A stretch of DNA of 64,000 nt from Camelus ferus (taxonomy: Eukaryota), in the NCBI RefSeq assembly GCF_009834535.1, contig NC_045697.1, forward strand, positions 39,930,001-39,994,000. Reading direction: 5' to 3'. Of the stretch, positions 22,831-38,000 are shown in pieces. The translations under genes and the position numbers were made by a program. The notes under the pieces were generated by a model. The model was not told the DNA's origin and did no database searches. It was given only the letters and a program-made list of their open reading frames with translations. Position 1 is the stretch's first letter; the number at the start of each line of letters is the position of its first letter.

Positions 22831-25247
22831 GCCATCATCAGCATTATTGTTTCATTTTTATTATTATAACATCCATATGATTTATACTCTCAGCTCACCT
22901 CTCTCTACTCCTGCATTTAAGTTCACTAGAGACGAGAATAAACATTATTTGTTTTTCTACCTCAAGAGTGTCTAGCTCATGGTAGAAGTTATGTAGGTAT
23001 TGGACAAACGGGTTGATGAGTGGTGAGTAAATGAATAGCATTCATACTTCTGGTTCCATTTCACTACATACCTTATATAACATTTTTCTGAATAGTAATT
23101 TCCTAAATGTTTATCACTTTCCTCAGGCACAAACTATAAGAGTTTGACACTATCAGCATAAGACACCAAGCCCTTATATTAAGTTATTTCTTTAAAAAAA
23201 AATCTACTGGAGAACTAAACTAAATGTATTGTACTACTCTTGTGTCCCCACCACAGAGTGTGCCACATAAAAAGAACTCAATAACTGTTTGTGAGATAGT
23301 GGATAAATTAAATTGAGAAAAATTGACAGATATAATTCTCAATTCATCTGTGTTCACACGCTTGGAAATAGTAGCCCCCATTTATGAATGTTTCCAGATG
23401 TTGACTATTTTATAGAAACTAATTTAATTCTTTCATTAGCTTTTCTCAGCTAAGGTTCTTTTGGTTGCCAGTGCCAGAAAATACAACCTAAGCTTGCTTT
23501 AAGCAGAAAGGGAATCTACTGGTAGATTGCATTAATATTATTCAAAAATATTGGCTGCCCCTCTCCACCCTATGGCGTCAAGCTTGAGCGTGTGAATTTG
23601 TTCTGGCCAATGACATGCAAGCAGGCAGGTGATTTAAGAGCCAGTACTTATTTTCCCTACTCTCTTTTTCCTCTGTTACAACCACTGGTGATTTTCCAAA
23701 TAGAGATTGCTGTGTGGCCTGGGTCTCAGATCAAAACAACAATCTAGCAAAGTTGCAGCTAATCTATGTAGCATAAATGAGAAATGAATCTTTGTTGTTG
23801 CAAACTCCTGAGCTTTGGGGAGGTATTTGTTATTGCACAGATAGCATAACTTAGCCTCTTCTGACAGTCACATAAAAGTCCATCAGCATGGCTGATTTCA
23901 GGACGTGCTAATGTCCTACAAGGACTAATGTCCTAGTGACTCTATTTCTCTGTATCTTGTCACTGTGCCTCTTGCTCCAAGCAGTGTACTCCACAGTTCC
24001 AGACTCTCCTCTGAGGTGGCAAGAGGGTTACAGCAGCAGCTCTAAACTTTATACCCAGCTCTCAGCTTCACAGCCTGTGGAGAATCTGCTCACAAACAGT
24101 AACCCTGGTGTTTAGCCATGACGCTCTCAATGGTCCGATATGGGTCACATGTCCACCCCTGGGCCAATCAGATCTGCCTCCAAGAATCTTACCCAAGGAT
24201 GTGTCCTAAGAGTGAGGAATAGGCAGATTCCAAAATGAAAGCTGGGCATGTTGCTGGAGGAAATGGGGGATGGATGCTAAAGAGCTAAGTACCAAGGATC
24301 CTGTACATCCATCATGTAAAATGAGTATTATTATTATTCCCGTTTTGTAGGTAAGAAATCAAGTCTCAGGGAGTTTTGGTTAACTTGCTTAGAGTTACAT
24401 GCATGTCAGTGGCAGGATCGTAACACTGGCCAATTTGACTAGAAAATCTATTCAGTTTCTACGATAACATACTTGTTGACCTGAAACAAATAGACTGCCA
24501 GATATTTCTTCAGCAAAGATGGTTTTGCTTGGGATCAGTGAAGAATAGCAGTTCGGGGTCTGCAACCACGGTGAGCCACTTGCAAGTTCTCCCACTGCAA
24601 GGGAAGGAGAACATTTCTGTAGAGAGGGAAAGGGGTTTGGGAGGACTACAGTAAACAGAGTCCAGGGCTTTTCATTGGCTAAGATCTTGCCAGGAAAGGA
24701 GTCTTTTCCCCTTCCTATTGGGCTCTGAGAGCTCCCCCTTCTGGTCTTCCAACTCCATTGTTTCTATTTATTAATTTTTTACACACTTTTTAGTCCCTGA
24801 TCTCTGCTCTTGTGCCCTCTATGGGCACATCCTCACAACCCTTCCATCTAGAAAATTCCAATTCATCGTATATTCCGCCCCCATTGCAAAATTCTCCCCT
24901 AATCAATTAGTTGCTGAAGGATGTAAGCTCATATCAGCAACATCTCATTTGCTATCCACTTTATATCTCTGCCACTCCTAACCTAGTTCAGTTCTTTTGC
25001 AATAACATCTCTTATGTCTATATCTCTAATGTCTGGCATCTCTAATCAATCTTTTATGCTCTCCTAAGAGTAAACTGCACAAAACACAGTTCTGGTTACA
25101 TCACTTGCTTTTTTAATGGTTGTAGGCCTATTGCTACAGAAAATATAAACACAAAATCATTTGTGTATAATTTAAGGCCCTCTATGATCTGCTTGTAACT
25201 GATGTTTCCAGCTGCATCTCACCAACAATTACAAGCATCTCTCTCCT

Positions 25248-25253
<6 letters not shown>

Positions 25254-25288
<35 letters not shown>
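25254..25288. repeat. (AC)n microsatellite
   Basis: Direct reading. Confidence 0.95.
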
Positions 25289-25290
<2 letters not shown>

Positions 25291-27409
25291 CTGTCATAAA
25301 AACAACTTTTTCCTATTTTTTTCCCCCAAATCCATACCTTGGTTCATTCTGTGTCATTCTGAGAAGAGGAATTTCTTTTTCTCCATTTCTATTTCTATTT
25401 ACAAAAATACGTATGCCTCAAGCGCCTCATCTCCGTGAAGTGCTTCTTGGACTCCACGGTGTGTTACTCTTTCCTGGGTTCCTACAACAAATGATGCCCT
25501 TAGTACACAGACACTCCCCAACAGGGAACACATTTTACTCTGTGTTGCTACATTATTTCATCTTTGACCAACCAGTTCCAGGAGGAACCTTAATCATCTT
25601 TGCAGTCTCACCAAATCCTAGCAAAATGTCTGTCACACAATACATGCTAAATACAGCGGCTGACACTTAACAGGCCCTCCATGACTATAACGTGAATTAA
25701 TTAGGGAAAATTCATGGTTAATTCTTTTTAAAATATTTACTGAATGTCCACTATGGGTATAACAAGGAGCCAACGAAATGTAATAATTATTATTTACATT
25801 AGTATTTCCTTTGACTTTACAAAATCCTTCCAGCTGTTTTACCTGCCGTGTCCTCGTAAGCACAGAGTAAGGAGGCGGGAGAGGAACACTGTCCCTGTCC
25901 CACGGGGGAAGAATTTAGGCTCAGAGAGGTGACAGTGACTGGTCTTGAATTACAGATCAGTAAGTAGAAGAGCCCATGGTTTTTCTTTCCACCGATACAG
26001 CCATATCTGATGCACTTCCCTTTCTCAAAGAACATACAGGTTACAAAACAAAAGCAATAGACATTGATTGTCACTGTATCTTTAAAAATCAAACTTTGAA
26101 AATTATTTATACCTTATATCTCATACTAATAGCCTATTTTTCTTTCTTTCTTTTTTTTTTTTTTTTAACTAACTTTCCCTAACAGTGCTTTATGGAGGAC
26201 GTGGGAATGACAAAAGGCAAAGAAAATAAAATTTCCTAACTACCTACCACACGCCAGTTTCTTTCACAATACATTTCCCCATTTAAGCTTGGCAGCTACC
26301 CTGTAAGGTCCATATTATGTATCCCATAGAGATATGAATAACTGAAGTCTCAAATCGTAGTGACTTGCTCAAGATAAACAATAAGATAAACGGGAGACTG
26401 GATTCAAACTGTGCCTCCTTCTCTACCTTCTTTCCACCAAACAGCACTGACTCCAAGCGAGGCGAGATCGGATGTTAGAAAGGGGGTGAGAGAGAGGATG
26501 AGCTTACAAAGGTCGTCATGGAGCACATGGGGCTGAGCAAAGCAGAATAAACCAGTTAGGAGGAGAGGAAACGGGTCTGAGGTCAATCCTTGAGGATCAA
26601 CGGGAAAGACATCTGAGAAGGGGGGGCGTTTGCATTTCCATTGCTTTCCTCTGCCATCCTCTTCCTAGACCTGCTTCTGCTTAACCTCCATGCTTCTGAG
26701 TTCAAACCCATCTCCGTGCTACTTAGCCAGCCAGGGCAGCCCTTAGATCCGACAAATGGAAAAGGGACCACACTCCCTGTATTAGCTTGGTTTATGATTA
26801 CACCACAGCTTCCATCCCTGATGCCTCCAGGAGGATCCCTGGCAGATGTCATCTAGTGACTCTTCATAAATGGACAAGACAGTTAGGGTGGCCAGTACAA
26901 GTCAGTGGGAGGAGCAGCCACCTGCTCACACCTCCACCTTCAGGCTCCTTGGAGACAAGAAGTGGTAGTTTGGAATTTTAACTCTAGATGGCAGTATTAG
27001 CCAACCTGATCTCGCTACTTTTCAGCAACAACTTGATCTGTTTTCTATGGACGACTGATTAATGGTTGACATCTCTTTTCTATAGGTAATCTTATAATTA
27101 TCCACATGGACGTTTATGATTTTTTTCCCATGCTCATATTGGTATTTAAATTACTTAGGAAAATTACAAAATGATACACTGACATTATAATATTGCTGTA
27201 CCACTGTCATAACACATTACATGATAACACTGCATTTATCTGGAGTTTACCTGCACTCTCAGAGCTCCAGAACATGGTCCTCAACTGGGAAGAAAGAGGA
27301 AAAGTGCTTCTGAATCTTAGAAATGGTAGACACTCAAAGCAAGGGCTTCTAAACATGTTATCCAGCAACAAACTGAGGACTGCCCAAGGTTTGTATTTAA
27401 ACACTGCTT

Positions 27410-27666
27410 GACTTTATATATAAAATAGACAAATGACAAGGTCTTACTATATAGCACAGAGAACTATATTCAATACCTTGCAATAGCCTATAATGAAAAG
27501 GAAAATATATGTATAGCTGAATCACTATGCTGTATGCCAGAAATTAAAACATTATAAACTGACTATACTTAAAAAAAAAAAAGAACACATATAGACCAGA
27601 ACAAAAAAGTGTAAGTTAAAGTGAACATAAAAACCGAAGAATTAAAATAATTTTTAATATAAAAAA
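27410..27666 (+). mobile_element. L1 3'-end stub with A-rich extension
   Basis: L1 3'UTR; AAACACTGCTT flanks at ~27399 and ~27667. Confidence 0.75.
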
Positions 27667-28239
27667 AAACACTGCTTAACTTAATTTGTTAACCTATCTG
27701 AACTAATGAAGCTTTCCCTGTAAGTTAGGATTAGTTTTGCCTGCATATAATAAAACTGCCAAATAATAATGATTTAACAAGATACAAGTTTATTTCTGTC
27801 ACACAGAAAAAGTCCTGAGATAAGCTGCCAAGGGCTCGTGTGGCAGCTCCATGGTTTTTCAGGGACTCAGTCACCTTCTCTGTGTTTCATTTGAGAACCT
27901 GACTTCCATCTTCAAGGTCACCTCATGATCCAAGATGACTGCTGGAGTTCTAGCTATGACAACTCTATTCCAAGCAGCTAAAAAGGAGGAATGAAGCTGC
28001 TATCCCTTAAATCCCATTCAACACTTCTGCATACATCTGATTAACTAAAATCTGTTTATAGGCAGCTGCATAAGATGCTAGAAAATGTAGTTTTTAGCTG
28101 AGCACCTTCCTAACTCCAAATAAAATTTGCATTCTATTACCAAGGAAGCAGTGTGGAGGGGGGATTATTAAGTGGCAACGAGCAGTCTCTCCACAACCAG
28201 CAAAGAATTTAAGATGTCTGGTCCCAACATACATGGCAA

Positions 28240-29803
28240 GCAGGGCAGCTTCGTGGGTGTGTGACCAGTGTAGTCGGTTGCACAGTGTCCTGTTCTCAGA
28301 AGGCCCTACATCTCGTTTAATGTTCTGTCTTAAAATTCTTAACTTTATCTTGTGTTTTGTAAGTGAAGTCTGACGTTAACACTGCAGTATGGGTGTGAAC
28401 AGGGGAGATACATGCCATATGTCTATTTCTTGCCAACCTGTTCAAGGTGCCCCATGAGTACAAAATCCCATTGGATCCATGATGTGTGGGACTTCAATGA
28501 GCCTCAAAGCTAGTATAAGGTATGCAGGTTACCTCTACAACTGAGTAAGCAGGACACTGACAGCCCCTAGAGGCCATACTTCCTGTCTGAACCAGAAGTT
28601 GGCTTCCAGCACAGAAAGAAGGCAGTGGCATTCTAAGAAACACAAAGGAGCAAGAAACCCTACCATATCATTTCTTACTCCCGTTAGTTCTGAGTGTTAG
28701 GCAACCACTTACGCTGAGCATGACCATATAGAAAGAAAAAGAAAGATAGGGCAACCCATAATTCCTTTTCCTTTCAGTCTTTCCTTGTAATTACACCAAA
28801 ATTAGAATGTTGGTAGAACATGCAGGAATCAAGAAGTGGAATAAAACAGTTGAGTTAGTTCTGGCAGTGTTTCCACTGTTCTGATAAGGATGAAATACAC
28901 AGGCATATAAGAGCTACAAAATAGAAATTGTGTAATTCAGATGATTTCTGCACACAAATTAAATGCTTCTATTTGTATTTAATACCAGTATTGCACAATG
29001 TAAAGATGAATGGTAAAATTCATGCTAGTAATTTAAAATTCTATTTTTTACTTAAAACAACATTAAATAGCAAATAAAAACACCATTACAAATTGAAAAA
29101 GAGATGGTGGAAGATGACCTTACTCACACCAAACAAGCATCTAAGCAATAAATTAGAAGGCTAATTACCAGCATGTGAACATTAGAATGTTTACTATTAT
29201 TCTTTACAAAACAAACAACTACAAAAAGAAAATGTCAGCAAATTTTTCCCAGCAAGCTGACATCCCAGGAGTGCCTGCACAGAACAAGAGAGCAACCTCC
29301 CCAGTTACAGCAACCACTAGGTTTATATTTTTTCCTGGTTTTTACTGTTTTGGTAATATGAATTGAAAGAAGAAATATTAATACCATATGGGGAGACCCC
29401 TCCTCAGCCAAAGAAATCTAAACTACATAGTAAACGCTTTTTTTTTTTTTTTTTTTTTTCTCTTTTGTTCATTTTGGATGCTGGTGGTAAACTTCTGAGT
29501 GTCATGATTTTTTAAAAAAATGTATGCCTTTCTTATTTATTTTCAGGATGAAGGGAGAATAATATTTTACTTTCTTATGTGATTCTCTCTGAAAATGTGC
29601 AGTATGAAGTTCCTCAAAAATTTTTTTTTCCCTTGAAAAGAAAAGATGGGGGGGAAGGGAATGTGGAAGAAAAGAAAAGCTTTATATTTTAGTACCTTTA
29701 ACTACTCTTTTTTATACTTTTCAAACAAGTGGCTCTGAATTTTCATTTTGCACTGGGCCCACCAAATTATGATGCTGGCACTGATGGCAGGCTTTAATAA
29801 CTC
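28240..29803. mobile_element. hAT-Tip100-like DNA transposon fossil
   Basis: Ends CAGGGCAGCTTC... and ...TTTTGCACTGGGCCC...GCTGGCACTG resemble Tip100-type termini; family not certain. Confidence 0.45.
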
Positions 29804-30169
29804 AGACTATGCAAAAACATTTATTTTCTAGAACTTATCTAAACTTATTCTCTAGCCTCTGTGCTAGTGAGTGAGCAGAGATCTTAAGTTTATCATTTAA
29901 CCATCTCCATCTCTCCTTTCAACTGTTGCTTTTCTGGTGAATACTCCATTTCTCAGACATTTTCTTCCTTGCCACTCTCCATAGCCCTGTGCCAATATGG
30001 GAACTACAATGAAAAGTTGGAGGAGAAGGACAAAGCAAGGTATTCAAGTCAAAATAGAAGGCTGTTCCCATTATAGAGTTCACCAGGAGAGTTCATCACT
30101 GTGTCATGAAGTTTTATAAGAATTTTTTTCATTCTTGTGTTCTTAACCATCACTAGTTTATAATAGGAA

Positions 30170-33100
30170 GGAAAAGTCAAATCAGAATATAGAAATTCAG
30201 TAAAATATGGTGTCAAGAACAGTAATCATGAGGGGAGGAGAGTAAAAATGCAGGGTTGTGAAAATGAGTTAGAAATTAAGAAATCAGCAACTTAAAATAA
30301 TCAGATATAAATATAGACTGCTATATATAAACCTCAGGGTAACCACAAAACAAAAATCTATAATAGATACACACACAGACACACACAAAGAGAGGAATCC
30401 AAACATAACACTAAAGATAGATATCAAATCACAAGATAAGAGAACAAAAGAAGAAGATAGGAACAAAAAAGAACTACAAAAATAATTAACAAAATGTCAG
30501 TAAGTACATACATATCAATTACCTTAAGTGTAAATGGACTAAACACTCCAGTCAAAAGACACAGAGTGGCTGAATGGATACAAAAACAAGACCCACAAAT
30601 ATGCTGCCTACAAGAGACTCACTTCAGATCTAAAGACACACAGGGACTGAAAGTGAAGAAAAATGTATTCCATGCAAACGGAAATCAAAAGAAAATCAGG
30701 GTAGCAATATTTATATCAGACAAGAAAGACTTTAAAACAAAGGGTGTTATAAGAGACAAATAAGAACATTACGTAACGATCAAGGGAACAATCCAAGAAG
30801 AAATACAACAATTATAAATACACAAGCACCTAACATAGGAGCACCTAAATTCATAAAGCAAATGTTAACAGACATAGAGGGAGAAATTGACTGTAACATA
30901 ATAACAGTAGAGAATTTTAATATCCCACTTTCATCAATGGACAGACCATCCAGACAGAAAATCAATAAGGAAACACTGGCCTTACATGATACATTAGACC
31001 AAATGGACTTCATTGACATATAAGACATTCCATCCAAAAACAGAATACATATTCTTTTCAAGTACACAGGGAACGTTTTCCAGGACAGATCACATGCTAG
31101 GCCACAAAACAAGCCTCAGTAAATTTAAGGAAACTGAAATATTATCAAGCATCTTTTTTGACCACAAGGATATGAGACTAGAAATCACCTACAAGAAAAA
31201 AACTTGAAAGAACACAAACATGTGGAGACTAAGCAATAAGCTATGAAACAACCAATGGGTCACTGACAAAATCAAAGAAGAAATCAAAATGCCTGGAGAC
31301 AAATGGAAAGGATACATGTTTATTCCATGGGATGCAGCAAAAGCAGTCCTAAGAGGGAAGTTTGTAGTGACATAGGTGTACCTCAGGAAACAAGAAAAAT
31401 CTCAAATAACAACCTAACCTTACACCTAAAGACTAGAAAAAGAACACACAAAACCCAAAGACAGTAGAAGGAAAGAAAACATAAAGATCATAAATGAAAT
31501 GGAGATTTTTAAAAAATAGGAAAAACCAATGAAACTAAGAACTGGTTCTTTGAAAAGATAAACAAAACTGATAAACATTTAGCTAGAATCATCAAGAAAA
31601 AAAGAGAGAGGACCCAAATCAATAAAATCAGAAATGAAAAAGAGGAGTTAGAACTAACATCATAGAAATACAAAGGATCATAATAAATTATTATGACCAA
31701 TTATATGCCAATAAAATGGATAACCTGGAAGAAATGGACAAATTGCTAGAAATGTACAGTCTTTAAAGACTGAACCAGGAAGAAATAGAAAATATAAAAA
31801 GACCAATTACCAGCAATGCAACTGGTCCATAATTTAATATACTCCCAACAAACAAAAGTCCAGGACCAGATGGCTTCATGGTGAATTCTATCAAACATTT
31901 TTAGAAGTGTTAACAAACTTTTTCAAACTATTTCAAAAATTGCAGAAGAAGGAATACTTCCAAACTCATTTTATGAGGCCAGCATCACCCTGATACTAAA
32001 ACCAGACAAAGATACCACCAAAAAAAAAAAAAAAAAGAAAGAAAAAAAAGAAAGAAAGAAAGAAAAGAAAATTACAGGCCAATAACACTGATGAACATAG
32101 AAGCAAAGGTCCTTAACAAAAACAATACATTAAAGGGATTATACACCTTGATCAAGTGGAATTTAACCTATTTAAGGACGGTGCAGTATCTGCAAATTAA
32201 TCAATGTGATATAACACATTAACACATTGAAAAATAAAAATCATATCATCATCTCAATAGATGCAGAAAAACCTTTTGACAAAATTCAACATCCATATAT
32301 GATAAAAAAACTTTCAACAAAGTGGGTATAGAGGGAACACACCTCATTATAATAAAGGCCATACATGACAAGCCCACAGTGAACAACATATTTAATAGTG
32401 AAAAGCTGAAAGCATTTCCTCCAAGATCAGGAACAAGACAAGGATGCCCACTCTGGCCACTTTTATTCAACATAGCTTTGGAAGTCCAAGCCACAGCAAT
32501 CAAAAAAAGAAAAAGAAATAAAAGGCATCCACAATGAAAAGGAAGAAAAAAACTATCACTGCTTGCAGATGGCATGATTCTATAAATAGAAAACCCTAAC
32601 ACCACCACCAAAAAACTACTAGAGTTCATCAAGCAATCTGGTAAAGTTGCAGGATGCAAAATTAATATACAGAAATTTGTTGCATTTCTATACACTAATA
32701 ATGAACTATCAGAAAGAGGAATTAAGAAAACAATCCCATTTACCAGTGCATCAAAAAGAATAAAATATCTAAGAATAAATCTAACTAAGGTGGTAAAAGA
32801 CCTGTACTCGGAAAATAAGATACTGATGAAAGAAGCTGAAGACAACACAAACAGATGAAAAGATACACTGTGTTCATGAACTGGAAGAGTTAATATTGCT
32901 AAAATGACCATACTACCCAAAGCAATCTACAGATTCAATGCAATCTCTATCAAAATGTTAATGGTATTTTTCACAAACTAGAACAAATAATTTTAAAATT
33001 TGTATGGAAACACAGACCCTGAATAGGCAAAACAATTGTGAGAAAGAACAGAGCTGAGGGAATCACACTCCCCGACTTCAGACTATACTATAAAGCTATA

Positions 33101-35090
33101 GTAATCCAAACAGTGTGATATTGGCACAAAAACAGACACATAGGTCAATAGAGCTGGATAGAGAGCCCAGAAATAAACCCACACATTTATAGTCAATTAA
33201 TCTATGACAAAGGAGGCAAGAATGTATGATGGAGGAAAGACAGTCTCTTCAATAAATGGTGCTGGGGAAACTGGACAGCTACTTGTGAAAGAATGAAATT
33301 AGAACATTCTCTAACACCATATGCAAAAATAGATTCAAAGTTGATTAAAGATCTCGATGTGAGACTGCGTAAGTGTAAAACTCTTAGAGAAAAACATAGG
33401 CAGAATATTCTTTGACATAAATTGTAGCAATATTTTTTTGAATCCATCCCCTAAGGCAAAGGAAACAAAAGCAAAAATAAGCAAGTGGGACCTAATTAAA
33501 CCCTAAAGTTTGCACATCTACAAAACAAAAAGACAACCTAGTGAATGGGAGAAGATATTTGCAAATAATATATCTGATACAGGGTTAATATCCAAAATAT
33601 ACACATGCAACTCAACATCAAAAAAAGAACCAAACAACCCAATTAAAAAATGGGCAGAGGATCTGAATAGACATTTCCCAAGGAAGACATACAGATGACT
33701 TATAGGCACATGAAAAGATGCTCAATGTCACTAATTATCAGGAAAATGCAAACTAAACCACAATGAGATATCACCTCACGCCTATCAGAATGGTTATTAT
33801 CCAAAAGACAACAAATAGCAAGTGCTAGTAAGAATGTGGAAAGAAGGGAACCCCTGTGCACTGTTGGCGGGAATGTAAATTGGCACAGCCACTATGGAAA
33901 ACAGTATGGTGGTATCGCAAAGAATGAAAACTAGAACTACCAAGTGATCCAACCAATCCACTCCTGGGTATTTTTCTGAAGAAAACAAAATTACTAATTT
34001 AAAAAGATATATGCACTTCTCTGTTCACTGCAGCATGATTTGCAATAGCCAACATGTGGAGGCAACCAAAGTACTCATCAGTAGATGAGTGGATAAAGAA
34101 GATGTGGTATATTGGAATACAATGGAATATTTACTCAACCATAAAAAAGAATGAAATCTTGCCATTTATGACTATACAGATGGACCTAGAGGGTATTACA
34201 CTACATGAAATAAATCAGAGAGATAAAGAAAAATACCGTATGGTTTCACTTACATGTGAAGTCTAAAAAAACAAAATAAATGGAAAAACATAAAACAGAA
34301 ATAGAGTTATAGATACAGAGAACAAACAGATGGTTACCAGAGGTGAAGGATGAGGAGGAAAGAAATAGATGACAGAGATGAAGAGGTACAAACTTTCAGT
34401 TGCAAAATAAATGAGTCACTGGTATGAAATGTGCAGTGTGGGGACTATAGTCAAAAACTATGTAATATCTTTATATGGTGACATATTCTAACTAGTCTTA
34501 TTGTGGTGATCAGTTTGAAATGTATAGAAACATTGAGTCACTATGTTGTATAACAGGAACTAACAGTGGTGTAGGTCAGTTGTACTTCAAAAACAAACAA
34601 ATAGACAAACTCATGAAAAAAAGAGGTCAGATTTGTAGTTATCAGAGGCAGTGAGTGGGCAAGGGAGAACTGGAGGAAGGCAGTCAAAGGGTACAAACTT
34701 CCAGTTATCAGATAAATAAGTACTAGATATGTACTTATTTACAACATGTACAATGTGTTAAATATAATTAACAGTGCAGTATGTTATATTTGAAAACTCT
34801 TAATGGAATAAATCCTAAGAGCTCTAAGCACAAGAAAAAAAATTTAGGGGAGGCCAAAATTAAATTTCCAAATTTTGTATATAATCTAAAATTAAATTTC
34901 TTTAATTTTTTGTCTATATGCAATGATGGATGCTCACTAACCTTAACTTATTCTGATAATCACCTCATGATGTATATAAGTCAAATCATTATGCAATATA
35001 TGTTCAATTTATGCAGTGCTATATGTCAACTGTATCTCCATAAAACTGGAAAAAAATAAATAAGTAAATTAAAAAAAAAATATATATATA
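30170..35090 (+). mobile_element. Older 5'-truncated, decayed LINE-1 (inter-ORF spacer, ORF2 remnants, 3'UTR)
   Basis: Fragmented ORF2 peptides (SVNGLN..., [21 protein letters not shown]) with many stops and frameshifts; A-rich tail near 35050-35090; no TSD recognised. Confidence 0.92.
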
Positions 35091-38000
35091 TATATAAACC
35101 CACTGCTGCCCATCTTGTGATCAGAGTTCAGTTTACTTTAAATTTTTAGGTTTGTAGAAAAAGAAAAAAGAAAAAAGAAAAAAGAAGTAGATTTGTGCCT
35201 CCCTAGGTTGTTATATTAGAAGCTGAGAATTATTTCTTCTAAGACTCACACGTTTGAAGCAGGGGCCTCATTATTACTTACTCATCACTTTCTTCTCTTT
35301 TAGGTGTCATGTTACTAACTAAAATATTCTTGTGGTAGGTGAGCTGACAATACAATAGTGTAACTTTGCTTTATCCTAACACTTCCAGTAATGAACATGT
35401 TGACACTTTTTCTCATTTTCTCATCTCCCAAGTAGAATTTTAAAATATTTCCTTCCAAATTTCACACTCTATCAAAAAGAAATTGTTTCCTGGAGAATGA
35501 GGGGAAAAAAAAAAAAAAACCCACTCTCTATTTAAGGAAGTATTCCTATAAATAGTTGATAGAGTAGTTCAAAATCCTTTCCCTAAAAGGGGAAAGTGAC
35601 TCCCTACACTTTTTGTGTTCACTTTCCATTCATTCACTTAATTTTCATTTACTGAGTACCACACTTATACAAGGCACCACTTGAGAAACTGCATGGAATT
35701 TCTGCCTCAAGATGATTAAATCTCACGGATCAGATGAGATACATACACTAGCAGTTACAGTAAAGGCTACCTGTGAAGAGTCTCAAGGTTGGGAGGACAC
35801 AAAGTGTTACAGGCACTCAGAGAAAGAATCATTTTGGCCAAGGAGAGCAGGGTGAGTTTCACGGAGGATGTTGCCACTGCAGAGTACCATAAAGAATGTG
35901 GGGAATTTCAGCTTACAGAAAGGGATGCAAAGGAATCTGAGATGGAGAATTGGCATGAGCAAAGAAGCACAGGTAATGTGAGATGCACAACGTGGTTTTG
36001 TAAATAATATTCATGTTTTAAAGACAAAATGCAAAAGATCTTTAAACCTTTCTGTCAGAGGAGGTTGACTAGGCCAATCTGCCTTGGGGCCTGGAATGGA
36101 TATGGAAGAAAAGATAACCAGATGGGAAGATAGGAGGCCATGGTAGGTTTAGGAGGCCAGGCCCCTCAAAATGAATTCTATTAAGCAATGGGGAACCATT
36201 GAAAAGAATGAAACACAGGAGCACCAGAATTTCAGTCAAATGTGGGACCTGATTATCTTATATATACATCTAAAGAAGCTTCTCCCATGCCAGTTTAGCT
36301 CAACAAGAATTTGCAGAACATCTACCACAAATATTGGGTCCTAGGTTACATGCTTTGGAGCTCATACATTTAAATGTTTATGCTTCTGATTTTCCACCTT
36401 AACGTAATTTGGTAAATCATAGTACAAATTACAATTTAAATAGCCATTCAATTTTAAAGAGGTCTGTAGAGGTTGGGGGATAGAAGTGGAAGGGGTTTAG
36501 AGAGGAAGAAAACAGAACACCTTTGGAGTGAGTGTCATGTGTAGACTCTGCCATGAGCTTTACACGTTATCTCACAAATGCATCGTGAATATTAGAGAGT
36601 TTGGTAGGAGCGAGGGTGAAAGGCTGCGATACAGAGATGAGGCAAGTACAGAAAGACAGGTGATGCCTCAGTCTAACCAGTGAGGTTAAACTTCTATAAA
36701 TTCCTTCACAGTTACCTCCTGAGTGTTTCATTTTATTCCCACCACTTGGACTCATATGAGTTACTGAACTTTTCTGAACCTCCACCTCCTCATCTGAAAA
36801 TCGGGAAGAACATTCCTGCCTTATGCAGAATCCCTAGCAGACCACTTACAATTTAAGTAGGTGTTTAATAAATGACTGTACGTTTCTCCTCTTCTATTAA
36901 CTGAAAGCAGTCAAACAGGTCTCCATTTACCCCGAGGGTTTCATTCAGTAAATTGGTGAATCAGGAAAAAGTAGGAGGTATGATGGAAGTACATTCAAAG
37001 GCACTTGGATAATAATCTTAGAAATCGCATGACCCCCAAATGCCGCAAATCACAAGGCAAAGGAGCAAGAGAGCATAGATCATTATCTTTGCATCAAAAT
37101 GATTACCCTCCCCCTCAGATTCAGAGGGCACGTCCTAAGAATGTCAGCAGTCCCATTGACTATTTGAAGGTTGATTTTAAGAGGAGATAAGTTCCTGAGT
37201 ACCAAGCCTCCACCATATTCTCAGCTCCGGACTAGGCACTCCGAAGGATTTACAGAGAATGAGGAATTTCATCTGGAACACAATACGCACACATACTGAC
37301 AACTGTGGACAGAGTTCAGAGGAAGAAAGGATGCCACTCCTGGTTGCTGGAGTCAGAAAAGAAATGTGACCTTGCAGGGATGCTGGAGAGAGAAGGGAGG
37401 GCTGATCTGAGACACAAAAAGCAACAGTCAAAAGCCGGTAGCAAACAATGAACCCAGTGTGTTTAGAGAACAGTGAGTCTGGTCCCACACAGAGTGTGTA
37501 TTGGGGGAGGAGAGGAAGATTCAATAGAAAACATGGGCCAAACAGAGAGGCCCTGAACATTTGTCTGGGATGTAGTAACCTGGAGCCATCTTAGCAACCA
37601 CAAGGGGTGAGAGAACAGTACTTCTGAAAGAGTGTCCTCAGGCCATCGACCCTTCTGATCAAGGCTTCCCACCTGGTCTGCCCCGTGTTTGTATAGCCTG
37701 TGAGCTGAGAGAATCATTGTACATTTTCAAATGATTGGGGGAAAGAAAAATCTAAGGAAGAATAATATTTCATGACACATGGAAATTATATGAAATTCAA
37801 ACTTCAGTGTCTATTAATAAAGATTTGCTGCAACATCGTCAGTCTCACTTGTTTGCTGTCTATGGCTGCTTTTGTATCCCAGGGACAGAGTGCAACAGAG
37901 GCTACTGCCTGAAAAGGCTGCAGTCTTTACTGTCCAGGCCACTGCAGACCGATGCCGGGGAGACTGGGAGAAGAGAAAGCGTCAGGGTGGGGATTAGGAT

